From an uncultured Gammaproteobacteria bacterium (lineage in GTDB: Bacteria > Pseudomonadota > Gammaproteobacteria > Xanthomonadales > Xanthomonadaceae), in the NCBI GenBank assembly GCA_963714135.1, contig OY970231.1, positions 3,111,219-3,175,218 on the forward strand: 64,000 nt of DNA, written 5' to 3'. Under the pieces are notes generated by a model that did not search any database, was not told the DNA's origin, and saw only the letters and a list, made by a program, of their open reading frames with translations. A program made the position numbers and the translations under genes. Of the stretch, positions 42,396-52,690 are shown one piece after another. Within the stretch, counting starts at the first letter, position 1, and every line of letters begins with the position of its first letter.

Positions 42396-44756
42396 ATGAA
42401 ACCGGCAACGCTCACGCCCGAATTGCTGCACAAGATCGATGCCTATTGGCGTGCCGCCAATTATCTCGCGGTCGGGCAGATTTTCCTTCGCGACAATCCG
42501 CTGCTGAAACGGCCGCTGGCGCTCACCGATATCAAGCACATGCTGCTCGGCCACTGGGGCACGACGCCGGGGCAGAATTTCATCTACGCGCACTTGAACC
42601 GCGTCATCAACAAGTACGACCTGGACATGATTTACGTCTCCGGCCCCGGACACGGCGGCCCGGCGATGGTTGCCAACACGTATCTGGAAGGCAGCTACAG
42701 CGAGATCTATCCCGACATCAGTCAGGACGAGGCCGGACTGAAAAAACTTTTCAAGCAGTTCTCGTTTCCCGGCGGCATTCCCAGCCACGCCTCGCCCGAG
42801 TGCCCGGGTTCGATCCATGAGGGCGGCGAACTGGGCTATTCGCTGAGTCATTCGTTCGGGGCGGTGTTCGACAATCCCGATCTCATCGTCGCCTGCGTCG
42901 TCGGCGATGGCGAGGCGGAAACCGGACCGCTGGCCACCGCCTGGCATTCCAACAAATTTCTCGATCCGGTCGGCGATGGCGCGGTGTTGCCGATTCTGCA
43001 TCTGAACGGTTACAAGATCGCCAATCCCACCCTGCTCGCGCGCATCAGCCGCGAGGAGTTGCAGCAATTGTTTAACGGCTACGGATGGATGCCCATTTTC
43101 GTCGAGGGCCACGAGCCCGAACCGATGCACGAAGCCATGGCCACGGCGCTCGATCAGGCGGTGGAATGGATTCGTGACATTCAGCGCGACGCCCGCATCG
43201 ACGGCAACACGATACGTCCGCGCTGGCCGATGATCGTTCTGGTCTCGCCCAAGGGTTGGACCGGGCCGAAGGTGGTCGATGGCGTGCCCATCGAAGGCAC
43301 ATTCCGCTCGCATCAGGTGCCTTTGCATCCGGCGGCCAATCCCGGGCATCTGGAACTGTTGGACGATTGGCTCAGGAGTTACCGGCCGGAGCAATTGTTC
43401 GACGATCACGGCCGCCTGAAAGCGGAACTGGCCGAACTCGCGCCCAAAGGCACGCGACGCATGGGCGCTAACCCGCACGCCAACGGCGGCATGCTGCTGC
43501 GCGATTTGCGCATGCCGGATTTTCGCAATTACGCCGTCGATGTGCCCAGCCCCGGCGTGCGCGGCATCGGTGACACCCATGTGCTCGGACGGTTTTTGCG
43601 CGATGTGACGAAGTTGAACGGCGAGCGGCGAAATTTTCGACTCTTCGGCCCTGACGAAACGCTTTCCAACGGCCTGGAAGCCGTCTTTGCAGCGACCCGG
43701 CGGCAATGGAATGCCGCCATCGAGCTCAACGACGAATTTCTCGCACGCAGCGGACGGGTGATGGAAATGCTCAGCGAGCACCAGTGCGAAGGCTGGCTGG
43801 AAGGCTACCTGCTGACCGGGCGACACGGCATCTTCAATTGCTACGAAGCGTTCATCCACATCGTCGATTCGATGTTCAACCAGCATGCCAAATGGCTGAA
43901 AGTGACTTCGCAACTGCCGTGGCGACGCAAGATCGCCTCGCTCAATTATCTGCTCGCCTCGCATGTCTGGCGACAGGACCACAACGGCTTCAGCCATCAA
44001 GACCCGGGCTTCATCGACCATGTGGTGAACAAGAAAGCCGAGATCGTGCGCGTGTACCTGCCGCCGGATGCCAACTGCCTGCTCTCGGTGATGGACCACT
44101 GCCTGCGTAGCCGTCATTACGTCAACGTGGTGATCGCGGGCAAGCATCCGGCGCCGCAATGGCTGCCGATGGATGCCGCCATCGAGCACTGCACCCAGGG
44201 CATCGGTATCTGGCCTTGGGCCGGCAATGACCAGGGTCTTGCCCCCGATGTGGTGATGGCCTGTTGCGGCGATGTGCCGACGCTGGAAACGCTGGCCGCC
44301 GTTTCGATCCTGCGCGAGCATCTGCCGGCCTTGAAAGTCCGCGTGGTCAATGTCGTCAACCTGATGAAACTGCAACCGCAAACCGAACATCCGCACGGCT
44401 TGAGCGACAGGGAATTCAACGAGATGTTCACCCCGGACAAGCCGGTCATCTTCGCCTTCCACGGCTACCCGTGGTTGATCCATCGGCTGATGTACCGCCG
44501 CAGCAACCACGATAACTTTCATGTCCGCGGCTACAAGGAAGAAGGCACCACCACCACGCCTTTCGATATGACGGTCTTGAACGATCTGGACCGTTTCCAT
44601 CTGGTGATGGACGCGCTCGACCGCCTGCCGCAGTTGGGCGATGCGGCCCTTGCCCTGAAGCGGCAACTCAAGGCCAAGTTGATCGAGCATAAGCAATACA
44701 TCGAAACACACGGCCAGGACATGCCGGAAATTCGCGGCTGGCATTGGCCGGCATGA
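42396..44756 (+). CDS. xfp: Xylulose-5-phosphate/fructose-6-phosphate phosphoketolase
   Basis: 786 aa. [32 protein letters not shown] and EGGELGY are signature blocks of phosphoketolase. GGGAGA SD. Confidence 0.95.
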   Translation: MKPATLTPELLHKIDAYWRAANYLAVGQIFLRDNPLLKRPLALTDIKHMLLGHWGTTPGQNFIYAHLNRVINKYDLDMIYVSGPGHGGPAMVANTYLEGSYSEIYPDISQDEAGLKKLFKQFSFPGGIPSHASPECPGSIHEGGELGYSLSHSFGAVFDNPDLIVACVVGDGEAETGPLATAWHSNKFLDPVGDGAVLPILHLNGYKIANPTLLARISREELQQLFNGYGWMPIFVEGHEPEPMHEAMATALDQAVEWIRDIQRDARIDGNTIRPRWPMIVLVSPKGWTGPKVVDGVPIEGTFRSHQVPLHPAANPGHLELLDDWLRSYRPEQLFDDHGRLKAELAELAPKGTRRMGANPHANGGMLLRDLRMPDFRNYAVDVPSPGVRGIGDTHVLGRFLRDVTKLNGERRNFRLFGPDETLSNGLEAVFAATRRQWNAAIELNDEFLARSGRVMEMLSEHQCEGWLEGYLLTGRHGIFNCYEAFIHIVDSMFNQHAKWLKVTSQLPWRRKIASLNYLLASHVWRQDHNGFSHQDPGFIDHVVNKKAEIVRVYLPPDANCLLSVMDHCLRSRHYVNVVIAGKHPAPQWLPMDAAIEHCTQGIGIWPWAGNDQGLAPDVVMACCGDVPTLETLAAVSILREHLPALKVRVVNVVNLMKLQPQTEHPHGLSDREFNEMFTPDKPVIFAFHGYPWLIHRLMYRRSNHDNFHVRGYKEEGTTTTPFDMTVLNDLDRFHLVMDALDRLPQLGDAALALKRQLKAKLIEHKQYIETHGQDMPEIRGWHWPA

Positions 44757-44781
44757 ACACGCGGCTTGCAGGAAAAACGAC

Positions 44782-45972
44782 ATGACCGAACCCGGCGCTG
44801 GCTCGAACATTCTCGCGATCAATCACGGCTCGTCATCGCTCAAGTTCGGCTTGTATGGCGTGAGCGGCTCCGATGCAACGATGCGGGTTTCCGGCGAGAT
44901 CGAATTCTTCGGCGAGGGGCTTGGCAAGATCCAAGCGCAGGATGCTTGCGGAAACCATCTGCTCTCCGGAACGCGATCATTACGTGATCAACGGGAAGTA
45001 TTCATGGCCATTGGCGATCTGCTCGATACCGCAGGAATGAAGCCCCCGGACGCCATCGGGCATCGCATCGTGCATGGCGGGCCCAGACACCGACAGCATT
45101 GCCTGATCGACGATGCCACCCTGCGCGATCTTGAAGCGGCCAGCCCGTTCGCGCCCTTGCATATTCCACCGGCGCTATCGATGGTGCGTTCGGCACAGGA
45201 GCATTTCCCCGGCATCGCGCAAGCGGCATGTTTCGACACAGCCTTTCATGCGCGGTTGCCGGAGGTCGCGCGTGTCATTCCAGTTTCAAGGGCATTGCAA
45301 CGTGAGGGTGTCGAGCGCTACGGGTTTCATGGCCTGTCCTGCGAATCGATCCTGCGTCAGCTCGGCAATGATCCACCGCATCGCCTGGTCATCGCTCATC
45401 TGGGCAATGGCGTCAGCGTGACTGCTGTCAAGGACGGTCAGTCGATCGACACCAGCATGGGAATGACCCCGGCCGGCGGCGTCATCATGGGCACACGTTG
45501 CGGCGATCTCGACCCCGGTGTGTTGCTGTATTTGCTGCGCGAAATGAAATTCGACGCTGCGATGCTCGAAGACCTGGTGAACCATCGTTCGGGGCTGCTC
45601 GGAATTTCCGGCGTCACCGGCGATATGCGGCGATTGCGTGAACTCGCACCATCCAATGCCGATGCCAGGCTCGCCATCGAGATGTTTTGCTATTCGCTGC
45701 GCAAACAAGTGGCGGCAATGATCGCCGTGCTCGATGGCATCGATGCGCTGGTGTTCACCGGCGGCATCGGGGAAAACGATGCCGCCGCGCGTGCGGCAAT
45801 CTGCAGCGGCCTGTCCTGGGCCGGCATCGGCCTTGATCCGGCTCGCAACCGATCCGCGATCAATCCCATCAATGACCAGGCATCGCGCTGCCAGGTTTAC
45901 GTGCTCGCCTCGCAGGAGGACGAGCAGATCGCCCGTCATACCTGGGCGTTGACGCATCGACGCGACAGATGA
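44782..45972 (+). CDS. ackA: Acetate kinase
   Basis: ILAINHGSSSLKFGLY, GHRIVHGG and HLGNGVSVTAV are canonical acetate/propionate kinase motifs. Lies 25 nt downstream of xfp. Confidence 0.93.
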   Translation: MTEPGAGSNILAINHGSSSLKFGLYGVSGSDATMRVSGEIEFFGEGLGKIQAQDACGNHLLSGTRSLRDQREVFMAIGDLLDTAGMKPPDAIGHRIVHGGPRHRQHCLIDDATLRDLEAASPFAPLHIPPALSMVRSAQEHFPGIAQAACFDTAFHARLPEVARVIPVSRALQREGVERYGFHGLSCESILRQLGNDPPHRLVIAHLGNGVSVTAVKDGQSIDTSMGMTPAGGVIMGTRCGDLDPGVLLYLLREMKFDAAMLEDLVNHRSGLLGISGVTGDMRRLRELAPSNADARLAIEMFCYSLRKQVAAMIAVLDGIDALVFTGGIGENDAAARAAICSGLSWAGIGLDPARNRSAINPINDQASRCQVYVLASQEDEQIARHTWALTHRRDR

Positions 45973-46024
45973 AGCCATGAATCATGATCCACATTCCGTA
46001 GTCGATCATTCAATCGCCCGGTGC

Positions 46025-48115
46025 TCATCCGGATCGCAACAGCGCCAGCGCGCGCTCGCAAACCTTGTCCACGGTGAAGCCGTATTCGCGCAGCACCACT
46101 TCGGCGGGCGCGGAAGCACCGAAGCGCTGCACGCCAAGCATGTCGCCGTGCGCGCCGATGTAGCGATCCCAGCCTTGCGCCACGCCCAATTCGACCGCGA
46201 GCCGCGCGCTCACCGAGGGCGGCAGCACCGTGTCACGCTTCGCTTGCGGCAAGGCCTCGAACAATTCCCAACTCGGCATCGAAACGCAACGCACGGCGAT
46301 GCCCTGCCCTTGCAGGCGCTCGGCCGCGGCCACGATCAATCCGACTTCGGAACCACTGGCGAGCAGGATCAACTCGGGCTTGCCGCCCGGCGCATCGCTC
46401 AGCACATACGCGCCCTGACGCAAGCCATCGGCCGGCGCGTAGCGATTGCGATCGAGCGTGAGCAAATCCTGCCGGGTCAATACCAGCGCAACCGGGCCGC
46501 CGCGTGTTTCCAGCGCGACGCGCCAGGCGACGGCGGTTTCGTTGGCGTCCGCGGGGCGGATCACCGTGAGGTTGGGAATCGCGCGCAGGTTCGCCAACTG
46601 TTCGACCGGCTGATGGGTCGGGCCGTCCTCGCCGAGCGCGATGCTGTCGTGGGTAAACACATGTATCACGTGCAAACCCATCAATGCCGCGAGCCGGATC
46701 GGCGGGCGCATGTAATCGGAAAAGATCAGGAACGTCGATCCATAGGCAATGAATCCGCCATGCGCGGCCAGTCCATTGACGATCGCTCCCATCGCATGCT
46801 CGCGCACGCCGAAGTGCAAGTTGCGCCCAGCGTAGCTCCAGCCATCGATGCCTTGTTCGTTTTCATCGTTCGATAGCGGCGGATTGAAATCACCCTGGCC
46901 TTTCAAGGCGGTTTTCGTCGAGGGGTCGAGATCGGCCGAACCGCCGGTCAACGCCGGCAATTTCGGCGCGATGGCGTTCATCACCTTGCCCGAAGCCTCG
47001 CGCGTGGCCAGGCCTTTGCCATCGGTTTTGAATACCGGAATATCCGCATCCCAGCCGGGTGGAAGTTCGCCGCGCAGGCGTCCTTCAAGCTCTTGCGCAA
47101 GTTCGGGAAAGGCTTTGGCGTAGTGACTCATGCGCTGATTCCACGCCGCTTGTTCATCCGCGCCGCGCGCCACCGCTTTGCGAAAATGTTCCAGCGCCTC
47201 GGATGGAATCAGGAAATCCGGCTCGGTCGGCCAACCCAGTTTCTGTTTGGTCTTGCGCACACCCTCGATGCCCAGCGGCGAGCCATGCGCCTTGAAATTG
47301 TCTTGCTCGGGCGAGCCATAACCGATGTGCGTACGCACCAGGATCAATGAAGGGCGCGTGATTTCTTCGCAGGCTACGCGCAGCGCGGCGTCGATGGCGG
47401 CCAGGTCATTGCCGTCGTCCACTTTGACGGTGTGCCAGCCATAGGCCTCGAAGCGATGCGCGCGATCTTCGGAAAAAGTGATATCGGTATCAGCGGCCAG
47501 CGTGACGCGGTTGTCGTCGTACAGGCAGACGAGCTTGCCCAGCTTGAGATGCCCGGCCAGCGACGCGGCTTCGGAAGCCACGCCTTCCATCAGGTCGCCG
47601 TCGCTGGCGATGGCGAAGGTGTAGTGATCGATCACCGAATGGCCGGGACGGTTGTAGCGTGCCGCCAACTGAGCTTCGGCGATCGCCATGCCGACCGCAT
47701 TGGCGAAGCCCTGGCCCAGTGGCCCGGTAGTGGTTTCCACTCCCGGCGTGTGTCCACGCTCGGGATGGCCGGGCGTCTTGCTGCCCCATTGCCGGAATTG
47801 TTTTATGTCATCGAGTGAAAGCTCGTAACCGGCCAGATGCAACAGGCTGTACAGCAATGCCGAACCATGCCCGGCCGAGAGTACGAAGCGGTCGCGATCG
47901 GCCCAGTGCGGATCACTCGGATGCTGCTTGAGCCAGCGCGTCCACAACACATAAGCCATCGGTGCGGCGCCGAGCGGCAGGCCCGGATGGCCGCTATTGG
48001 CCTTTTGCACCATGTCCACCGACAGAAAACGCAAGGTGTCGATGCATTGCCGGTCGAGTGAATCGAAACCGGATGAATTGAAGCTGGGTGAATTGAAACC
48101 AGATGAATTGGACAT
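46025..48115 (-). CDS. tkt: Transketolase, with an unusual N-terminal pentapeptide-repeat extension
   Basis: [28 protein letters not shown] (TPP motif). GDGDLMEG-type block ([10 protein letters not shown]). GAGGAG SD before ATG 48115. Confidence 0.95.
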   Translation of the reverse strand: MSNSSGFNSPSFNSSGFDSLDRQCIDTLRFLSVDMVQKANSGHPGLPLGAAPMAYVLWTRWLKQHPSDPHWADRDRFVLSAGHGSALLYSLLHLAGYELSLDDIKQFRQWGSKTPGHPERGHTPGVETTTGPLGQGFANAVGMAIAEAQLAARYNRPGHSVIDHYTFAIASDGDLMEGVASEAASLAGHLKLGKLVCLYDDNRVTLAADTDITFSEDRAHRFEAYGWHTVKVDDGNDLAAIDAALRVACEEITRPSLILVRTHIGYGSPEQDNFKAHGSPLGIEGVRKTKQKLGWPTEPDFLIPSEALEHFRKAVARGADEQAAWNQRMSHYAKAFPELAQELEGRLRGELPPGWDADIPVFKTDGKGLATREASGKVMNAIAPKLPALTGGSADLDPSTKTALKGQGDFNPPLSNDENEQGIDGWSYAGRNLHFGVREHAMGAIVNGLAAHGGFIAYGSTFLIFSDYMRPPIRLAALMGLHVIHVFTHDSIALGEDGPTHQPVEQLANLRAIPNLTVIRPADANETAVAWRVALETRGGPVALVLTRQDLLTLDRNRYAPADGLRQGAYVLSDAPGGKPELILLASGSEVGLIVAAAERLQGQGIAVRCVSMPSWELFEALPQAKRDTVLPPSVSARLAVELGVAQGWDRYIGAHGDMLGVQRFGASAPAEVVLREYGFTVDKVCERALALLRSG
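48064..48108 (-). repeat. Three tandem 15-nt in-frame repeats at the 5' end of tkt
   Basis: Plus strand reads CGAAACCGGATGAAT / TGAAGCTGGGTGAAT / TGAAACCAGATGAAT, followed by TGGACAT (start codon). This encodes [18 protein letters not shown]. Confidence 0.85.
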
Positions 48116-48146
48116 GCTTACTCCTCGCGGCCGCCGTGAGCGGCCG

Positions 48147-49562
48147 TCATCCGCTGGGCAGGATCGCCTTGTGCTGACTCACCGCGCTGCCGTCATCGCT
48201 CTTGAGACCGACGAATACGAGCGCCGAAAGTACCGTCAATCCGCCGAGCACGAGAAATGCCTGGTGGATACCGTGGATCAATTGCGGCGCGCTGGAATGA
48301 AAGCGGTCGGCGATGAACACCGCCGCGGCCAGCGATGCCGACGCGACACCGAAGCTGATCGACATCTGCTGCGTGGCGCTGGCGATGGTGCTGGCATTGC
48401 TGGTCTGTTTGCGGGTGACATCGGCATACACCAGCGTGTTCATGCTGGTGTATTGCAAGGATGCGAAAAATCCAAAGCAAAAAAGCTGCAGCACGATCAG
48501 CCACACCGGCGTTTGGGTGCCGATGGTCGCGAAAACCATGATCATCAGGCCCAGTATCACCGTGTTGGAAATCAGCACCGCGCGGTAGCCAAAATGCGCG
48601 AGGATGCGCGGCATCGTCAGTTTCAGGCTCATCGCGGCAATGGCTTGCGGCATCATCAACAGGCCCGATTGAACCGGCGAAAAACCCAGGCCGACCTGAT
48701 AGAGCAAGGGCAGCAGGAACGGGATTCCGCCGATGCCCAGGCGAGTGAAGAAGCTGCCGGCGACCGCGGCACGAAACGTGCGAATGCGAAACAGTGCCAG
48801 GCGCAGCAAGGGATAAGTGGTGCGGGCGCTATGCAGCCCATAGCCGACGAGCAACAGGAACGAGATCGCCAACAGCGACAGGATTTCGCGTCCGCCCAGG
48901 GTGTGTTCGCCGAAGACTTCCAGCACATACGACAACAGCGATATGCCCGAGCCAAACAGGATCAACCCGACGATGTCGAGACGATGGCTACGCAACTCGC
49001 GGTAATCGGGCAGATGGCGATAAACCAGATACAGGCCGGCCATGCCGATCGGAATGTTGACGAAGAAAATCACGCTCCAGTGGAAGTACCCGACGATCAA
49101 CCCGCCAGCGAGCGGCCCGAGCATCGGGCCGACGAGGCCGGGGATCGCGACGAAGCTCATCGCGCGGATGAGTTCGGACCGCGCGAAGGTACGCACCATG
49201 GTGATCCGGCCCACCGGCACCATCATCGCGCCGCCACAACCTTGCAGCACGCGGCATGCCACCAGCACATGGATATTGGTGGAGATGCCGCAAAGGAACG
49301 AGCCGATCGTGAAGATACCGATGGCCGTGGCGAACACCCGGCGCGTGCCGAACCGGTCGGCCATCCAGCCGCTGATGGGAATGAACATCGCAAGACTGAG
49401 CGTGTAGCTCGACAGCACCGATTTCATGCTCAACGGCGCCACGCTCAAGGCCTCGGCGATCGTGGGAACGGCGGTGTTGAGAATGGTCGTGTCGAGCGAT
49501 TCCATGAAAAACGCCACGGCGACCAGCCAAGGCAGGATGCGCTTGGCCTGGACATCACTCAC
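48147..49562 (-). CDS. MFS transporter (DHA2/EmrB-like, 14-TMS type)
   Basis: [28 protein letters not shown] and [13 protein letters not shown] are MFS motifs. The first 49 codons of the track ORF lie inside the transaldolase gene. In-frame GTG 49562 ([12 protein letters not shown]) is chosen as the start. Confidence 0.85.
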   Translation of the reverse strand: MSDVQAKRILPWLVAVAFFMESLDTTILNTAVPTIAEALSVAPLSMKSVLSSYTLSLAMFIPISGWMADRFGTRRVFATAIGIFTIGSFLCGISTNIHVLVACRVLQGCGGAMMVPVGRITMVRTFARSELIRAMSFVAIPGLVGPMLGPLAGGLIVGYFHWSVIFFVNIPIGMAGLYLVYRHLPDYRELRSHRLDIVGLILFGSGISLLSYVLEVFGEHTLGGREILSLLAISFLLLVGYGLHSARTTYPLLRLALFRIRTFRAAVAGSFFTRLGIGGIPFLLPLLYQVGLGFSPVQSGLLMMPQAIAAMSLKLTMPRILAHFGYRAVLISNTVILGLMIMVFATIGTQTPVWLIVLQLFCFGFFASLQYTSMNTLVYADVTRKQTSNASTIASATQQMSISFGVASASLAAAVFIADRFHSSAPQLIHGIHQAFLVLGGLTVLSALVFVGLKSDDGSAVSQHKAILPSG

Positions 49563-49635
49563 GCGCGGCGATACCCGGCCGAAACTATCGCAGCGATCCG
49601 CGAAGCTCGTGTAGCCAACGTTCCTGGACGCGTGC

Positions 49636-50730
49636 TCATGGAATTTCGCGGATACCAGCCAAGGCCGCGGTCTTGTCGGCGATGCGTTGCAGCAGCTCCT
49701 GCCACGATTTGACGAAGGCCTTGGCGCCCGCCTGTTGCAGCTCGACCGCCAAGACATCGATGTCCACGCCCGCCTGGGCAAAGCACATCAGCATCGTTTC
49801 CGCATCGCCGCCATTCACGGGCAGGACGCCATCGAGCACGCCATGGTCGGCGAAGGCCAGCAGCGTCTTTTCCGGCATCGTGTCGATCGTGTCCGGCGCG
49901 GCCAGCGCTTGCACATACAGTGTTTCCGGCGCGTCGGGATCCTTGCTGCCGGTGCTGGCCCAGAGCAGACGCTGCGGCGTGGCGCCAGCGGCGGCGAGCG
50001 CGTGCCAGCGAGGCGTCGCCAACAGCTCGCGGTAAGCACGATACGTACGTTGGCCGATCGCGATGCCGAGCTTGTTGCGCAACTCGCCCGGTACCTTGTC
50101 CTTGACCGCCGCATCCCAGCGGCTGATGAACAGCGAGGCCACCGAATTCACGCGTGGATCGCGCCCGGCTTCGATGCGCCGCTCGATACCGCGCAGATAG
50201 GCCAACGCCGCGGCCAGGTATTGCTCACGCGAAAACAGCAAAGTGATATTGATCGGCACGCCGTTGAAGATCGATTCCTCGATCGCCGGAATACCTCCGG
50301 GCGTGCCCGGGATCTTCACGAACAGATTGGGGCGATTGGCCTGTTGATGAATTTGCCGGGCTGCCTTGATGCTGCCTTCGGCGTCGTTGGCCAGCAATGG
50401 CGAAATTTCCATCGACACCCAACCGTCGAGATGATGGCTGGCCTCGAACACCGGACGAAACAGATCGGCGCCGCGGCGAAGATCCTCCAACGCCAATTCG
50501 ATGAACAAGGCCTCGCCGGACAGCCCCGCCCTCGCTTTCTCGGCGATGCCGGCGTCATAGGCAGTACCGCTGCCGATCGCTGCATCGAAGATGGTCGGGT
50601 TCGAGGTCAGCCCGGTGATCGAAAAATCCTCGATGTAACGGCGCAGCGTGCCGTTGTCGAGCAGCTCGCGGGTGATGTTGTCCAGCCACAGGCTCTGGCC
50701 CAGGTCGTGCAATTGCCGGGTTGCGTTCAT
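49636..50730 (-). CDS. tal: Transaldolase (long form)
   Basis: MNATRQLHDLGQSLWLDNITR..., TGLTSNPTIF and FVKIPGT (Schiff-base lysine). ATG 50730 forms an ATGA overlap with the upstream HAD gene. Confidence 0.92.
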   Translation of the reverse strand: MNATRQLHDLGQSLWLDNITRELLDNGTLRRYIEDFSITGLTSNPTIFDAAIGSGTAYDAGIAEKARAGLSGEALFIELALEDLRRGADLFRPVFEASHHLDGWVSMEISPLLANDAEGSIKAARQIHQQANRPNLFVKIPGTPGGIPAIEESIFNGVPINITLLFSREQYLAAALAYLRGIERRIEAGRDPRVNSVASLFISRWDAAVKDKVPGELRNKLGIAIGQRTYRAYRELLATPRWHALAAAGATPQRLLWASTGSKDPDAPETLYVQALAAPDTIDTMPEKTLLAFADHGVLDGVLPVNGGDAETMLMCFAQAGVDIDVLAVELQQAGAKAFVKSWQELLQRIADKTAALAGIREIP

Positions 50731-51467
50731 GGCGGCTCCGGAGAGGTCGATGTTTGCGAGGGTTCGCTGACTTGTTGCGCAGCGCGGCGGGTAATGAGGT
50801 CTTGGAATTCCGGCAACGCCATCTCGCACAAATCACCAATGCGCTCGATGCTCATATCAGGTGCGGGGTCGATGGCGATGCCCTGCGCTTGCGCGGCGTA
50901 ATGGCCCTGGCGCACGAACACGGTAGTCAGCCGCGCGCCGGGCACGCGCTTCATCGCGGCCAGCAATTGCGGCTTGTCGTCGATCATCACGTAGGCATTG
51001 GCGGGAAATAATTCTTGCAGCACATTGAGCATGCGTTCCTTGTGCAAGGTAACCAGCACCCGGCCATCGACGGCATCCCACAATCCGGAACGCTGGATCT
51101 TGCGCGGCTGCATGACGATGTCGCCATCCGAGACGATGGCGGCGGTCCCGATCGTACGCAGGTGTTCTATCGCAGCGAGTGCGCGTGGATACAAGCGCTC
51201 GCCGAACGGGTAATCGAGCAGGAAGGACGACATATGCAGCAGCGTGGACTCCTGATCGCTGCCGATGCGAAATTCCTGCAAGGCGCCCAGATAATCGGCG
51301 TAGCCCAGGTCGCGGCGGCGCTGTTCGTAGATCGACCAATAGCGTTCGCGCTCAGCGCTGCCGAAGGATTGATCGAGCCGCGCGCTAAGATCGGCAACGA
51401 ACCGGTCGTTGTCGAGCAAGGTGTTATCGACATCCAGCAAAAACATGACGGAGGACGCCGGCGGCAT
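50727..51467 (-). CDS. HAD-superfamily hydrolase (putative sugar-phosphate phosphatase)
   Basis: DxDxT motif (FLLDVDNTLLDN). Motif II (IVSDG). Motif IV (MIDDK). ATG 51467 is preceded by GGAGAA. Confidence 0.8.
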   Translation of the reverse strand: MPPASSVMFLLDVDNTLLDNDRFVADLSARLDQSFGSAERERYWSIYEQRRRDLGYADYLGALQEFRIGSDQESTLLHMSSFLLDYPFGERLYPRALAAIEHLRTIGTAAIVSDGDIVMQPRKIQRSGLWDAVDGRVLVTLHKERMLNVLQELFPANAYVMIDDKPQLLAAMKRVPGARLTTVFVRQGHYAAQAQGIAIDPAPDMSIERIGDLCEMALPEFQDLITRRAAQQVSEPSQTSTSPEPP

Positions 51468-51930
51468 CGCACTTTCTCCGTTGGTTCCTGGCCTTGCCAC
51501 CTCTGCATGATAGGCCGATGCCCGCCAGATGGACGGTTGCCATCATCCAACTGCAGGGAAGTGTTGGTTGCGGCTCGGCTTACACGCAACGATCACCTTC
51601 AACCTGAACAGGCCTGGCACGGCCCGGTCAGCGTGTGTTGGCAAAGGCATCGCAGTGATTGGATCGAACCCTGGCAATCGTTCCTGGCACGCTTGCCGAG
51701 TGGACAGCCGATGCGAGCAGCATGCTGGGCGGGTTGCTGTCGCAGCTTGCCAACAGGTGTAGGCTCAATCGAAACGTAGGGCGCATTTCCGGCCGGCGAC
51801 CGGTGTTTGGCCTTTGGCAAGCCCGATTGCCGTTTTGGTTCACTGGTAGCCCGGCATGCCGGGCCAATCCAAGCCGTATGCAATTTGCCAGGTTTTCCCC
51901 GATGCAGGCACCGTATTGACGAGTGCTGAC

Positions 51931-52680
51931 ATGTCCCCTGAGCACAGGCTGCTTCCCATGGAGTATTCACGGCCGCACGTGTTGGTGGTCGATGACGAAC
52001 CCGATGTCCGGCTGGTCTTGCAGCGCTATTTCGAGGCCAACGGTTTTCGCGTCAGTGGCGCGGGCGATGGCGCCGCCGCGCGATCGGTACTGGAGCGGGA
52101 ACCAGTCGATCTGGTGCTGCTGGATATCGGCCTGCCGGGCGAAGACGGGCTGACGCTGATCCGCTATCTTCGCGAACACTGGCAAGGCGCGGTGATCATC
52201 GTCAGCGGGCACGGCGATCCGGTCGAGCGCGTGATCGGCCTGGAAGTGGGCGCCGACGATTACGTCGCCAAACCCTTCGACCTGCGTGAACTGCTGGCTC
52301 GCGCGCGCAGCGTGTTGCGCCGGATATCGCCGACGGCGACCGGCAATGGCGAGGCGATCGGCCGCGTTTTCGAGTTCGACGGCTTGCGCTTCGAGCCGCA
52401 GGCACGCCGCCTGACCGGCAACGATGGCGCGGAGATCGAATTGACCACCGGTGAGTTCGATCTGCTGAGCGTACTACTCGAGCAACCCAACCGGGCGCTG
52501 TCGCGCGATCAGATCATGCAACGCATGCACGGCCGTGTCGCCGGCCCCTACGATCGCGCCATTGATGTGCAGATCGGCCGCCTGCGGCAGAAGATCGAGC
52601 CCAATCCCTCGCATCCGACGATGATCAAATCGGTACGCGGCGTCGGCTATCTGTTCACTTCCACCGTCAAGCGTCGGTGA
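51931..52680 (+). CDS. OmpR/PhoB-family response regulator
   Basis: REC (VLVVDDEPDVR, LVLLDIGLPGEDG, DDYVAKPF). Winged-helix output domain (LTTGEFDLLSVLLE, VRGVGYLF). ATG 51958 is an alternative start. Confidence 0.9.
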   Translation: MSPEHRLLPMEYSRPHVLVVDDEPDVRLVLQRYFEANGFRVSGAGDGAAARSVLEREPVDLVLLDIGLPGEDGLTLIRYLREHWQGAVIIVSGHGDPVERVIGLEVGADDYVAKPFDLRELLARARSVLRRISPTATGNGEAIGRVFEFDGLRFEPQARRLTGNDGAEIELTTGEFDLLSVLLEQPNRALSRDQIMQRMHGRVAGPYDRAIDVQIGRLRQKIEPNPSHPTMIKSVRGVGYLFTSTVKRR

Positions 52681-52690
52681 GTCGCGTGCA

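Noticed and set aside
41568-44822. 1084-aa minus-strand ORF, the second longest in the track
   Set aside because: Antisense to the 3' end of the FAD oxidoreductase gene, to phosphoketolase, and to the start of ackA, all with strong family signatures. It has no motifs of its own.
47997-49712. 571-aa plus-strand ORF
   Set aside because: Antisense to the MFS transporter. Its extreme Arg/His/Gln/Asp content is incompatible with a real protein here.
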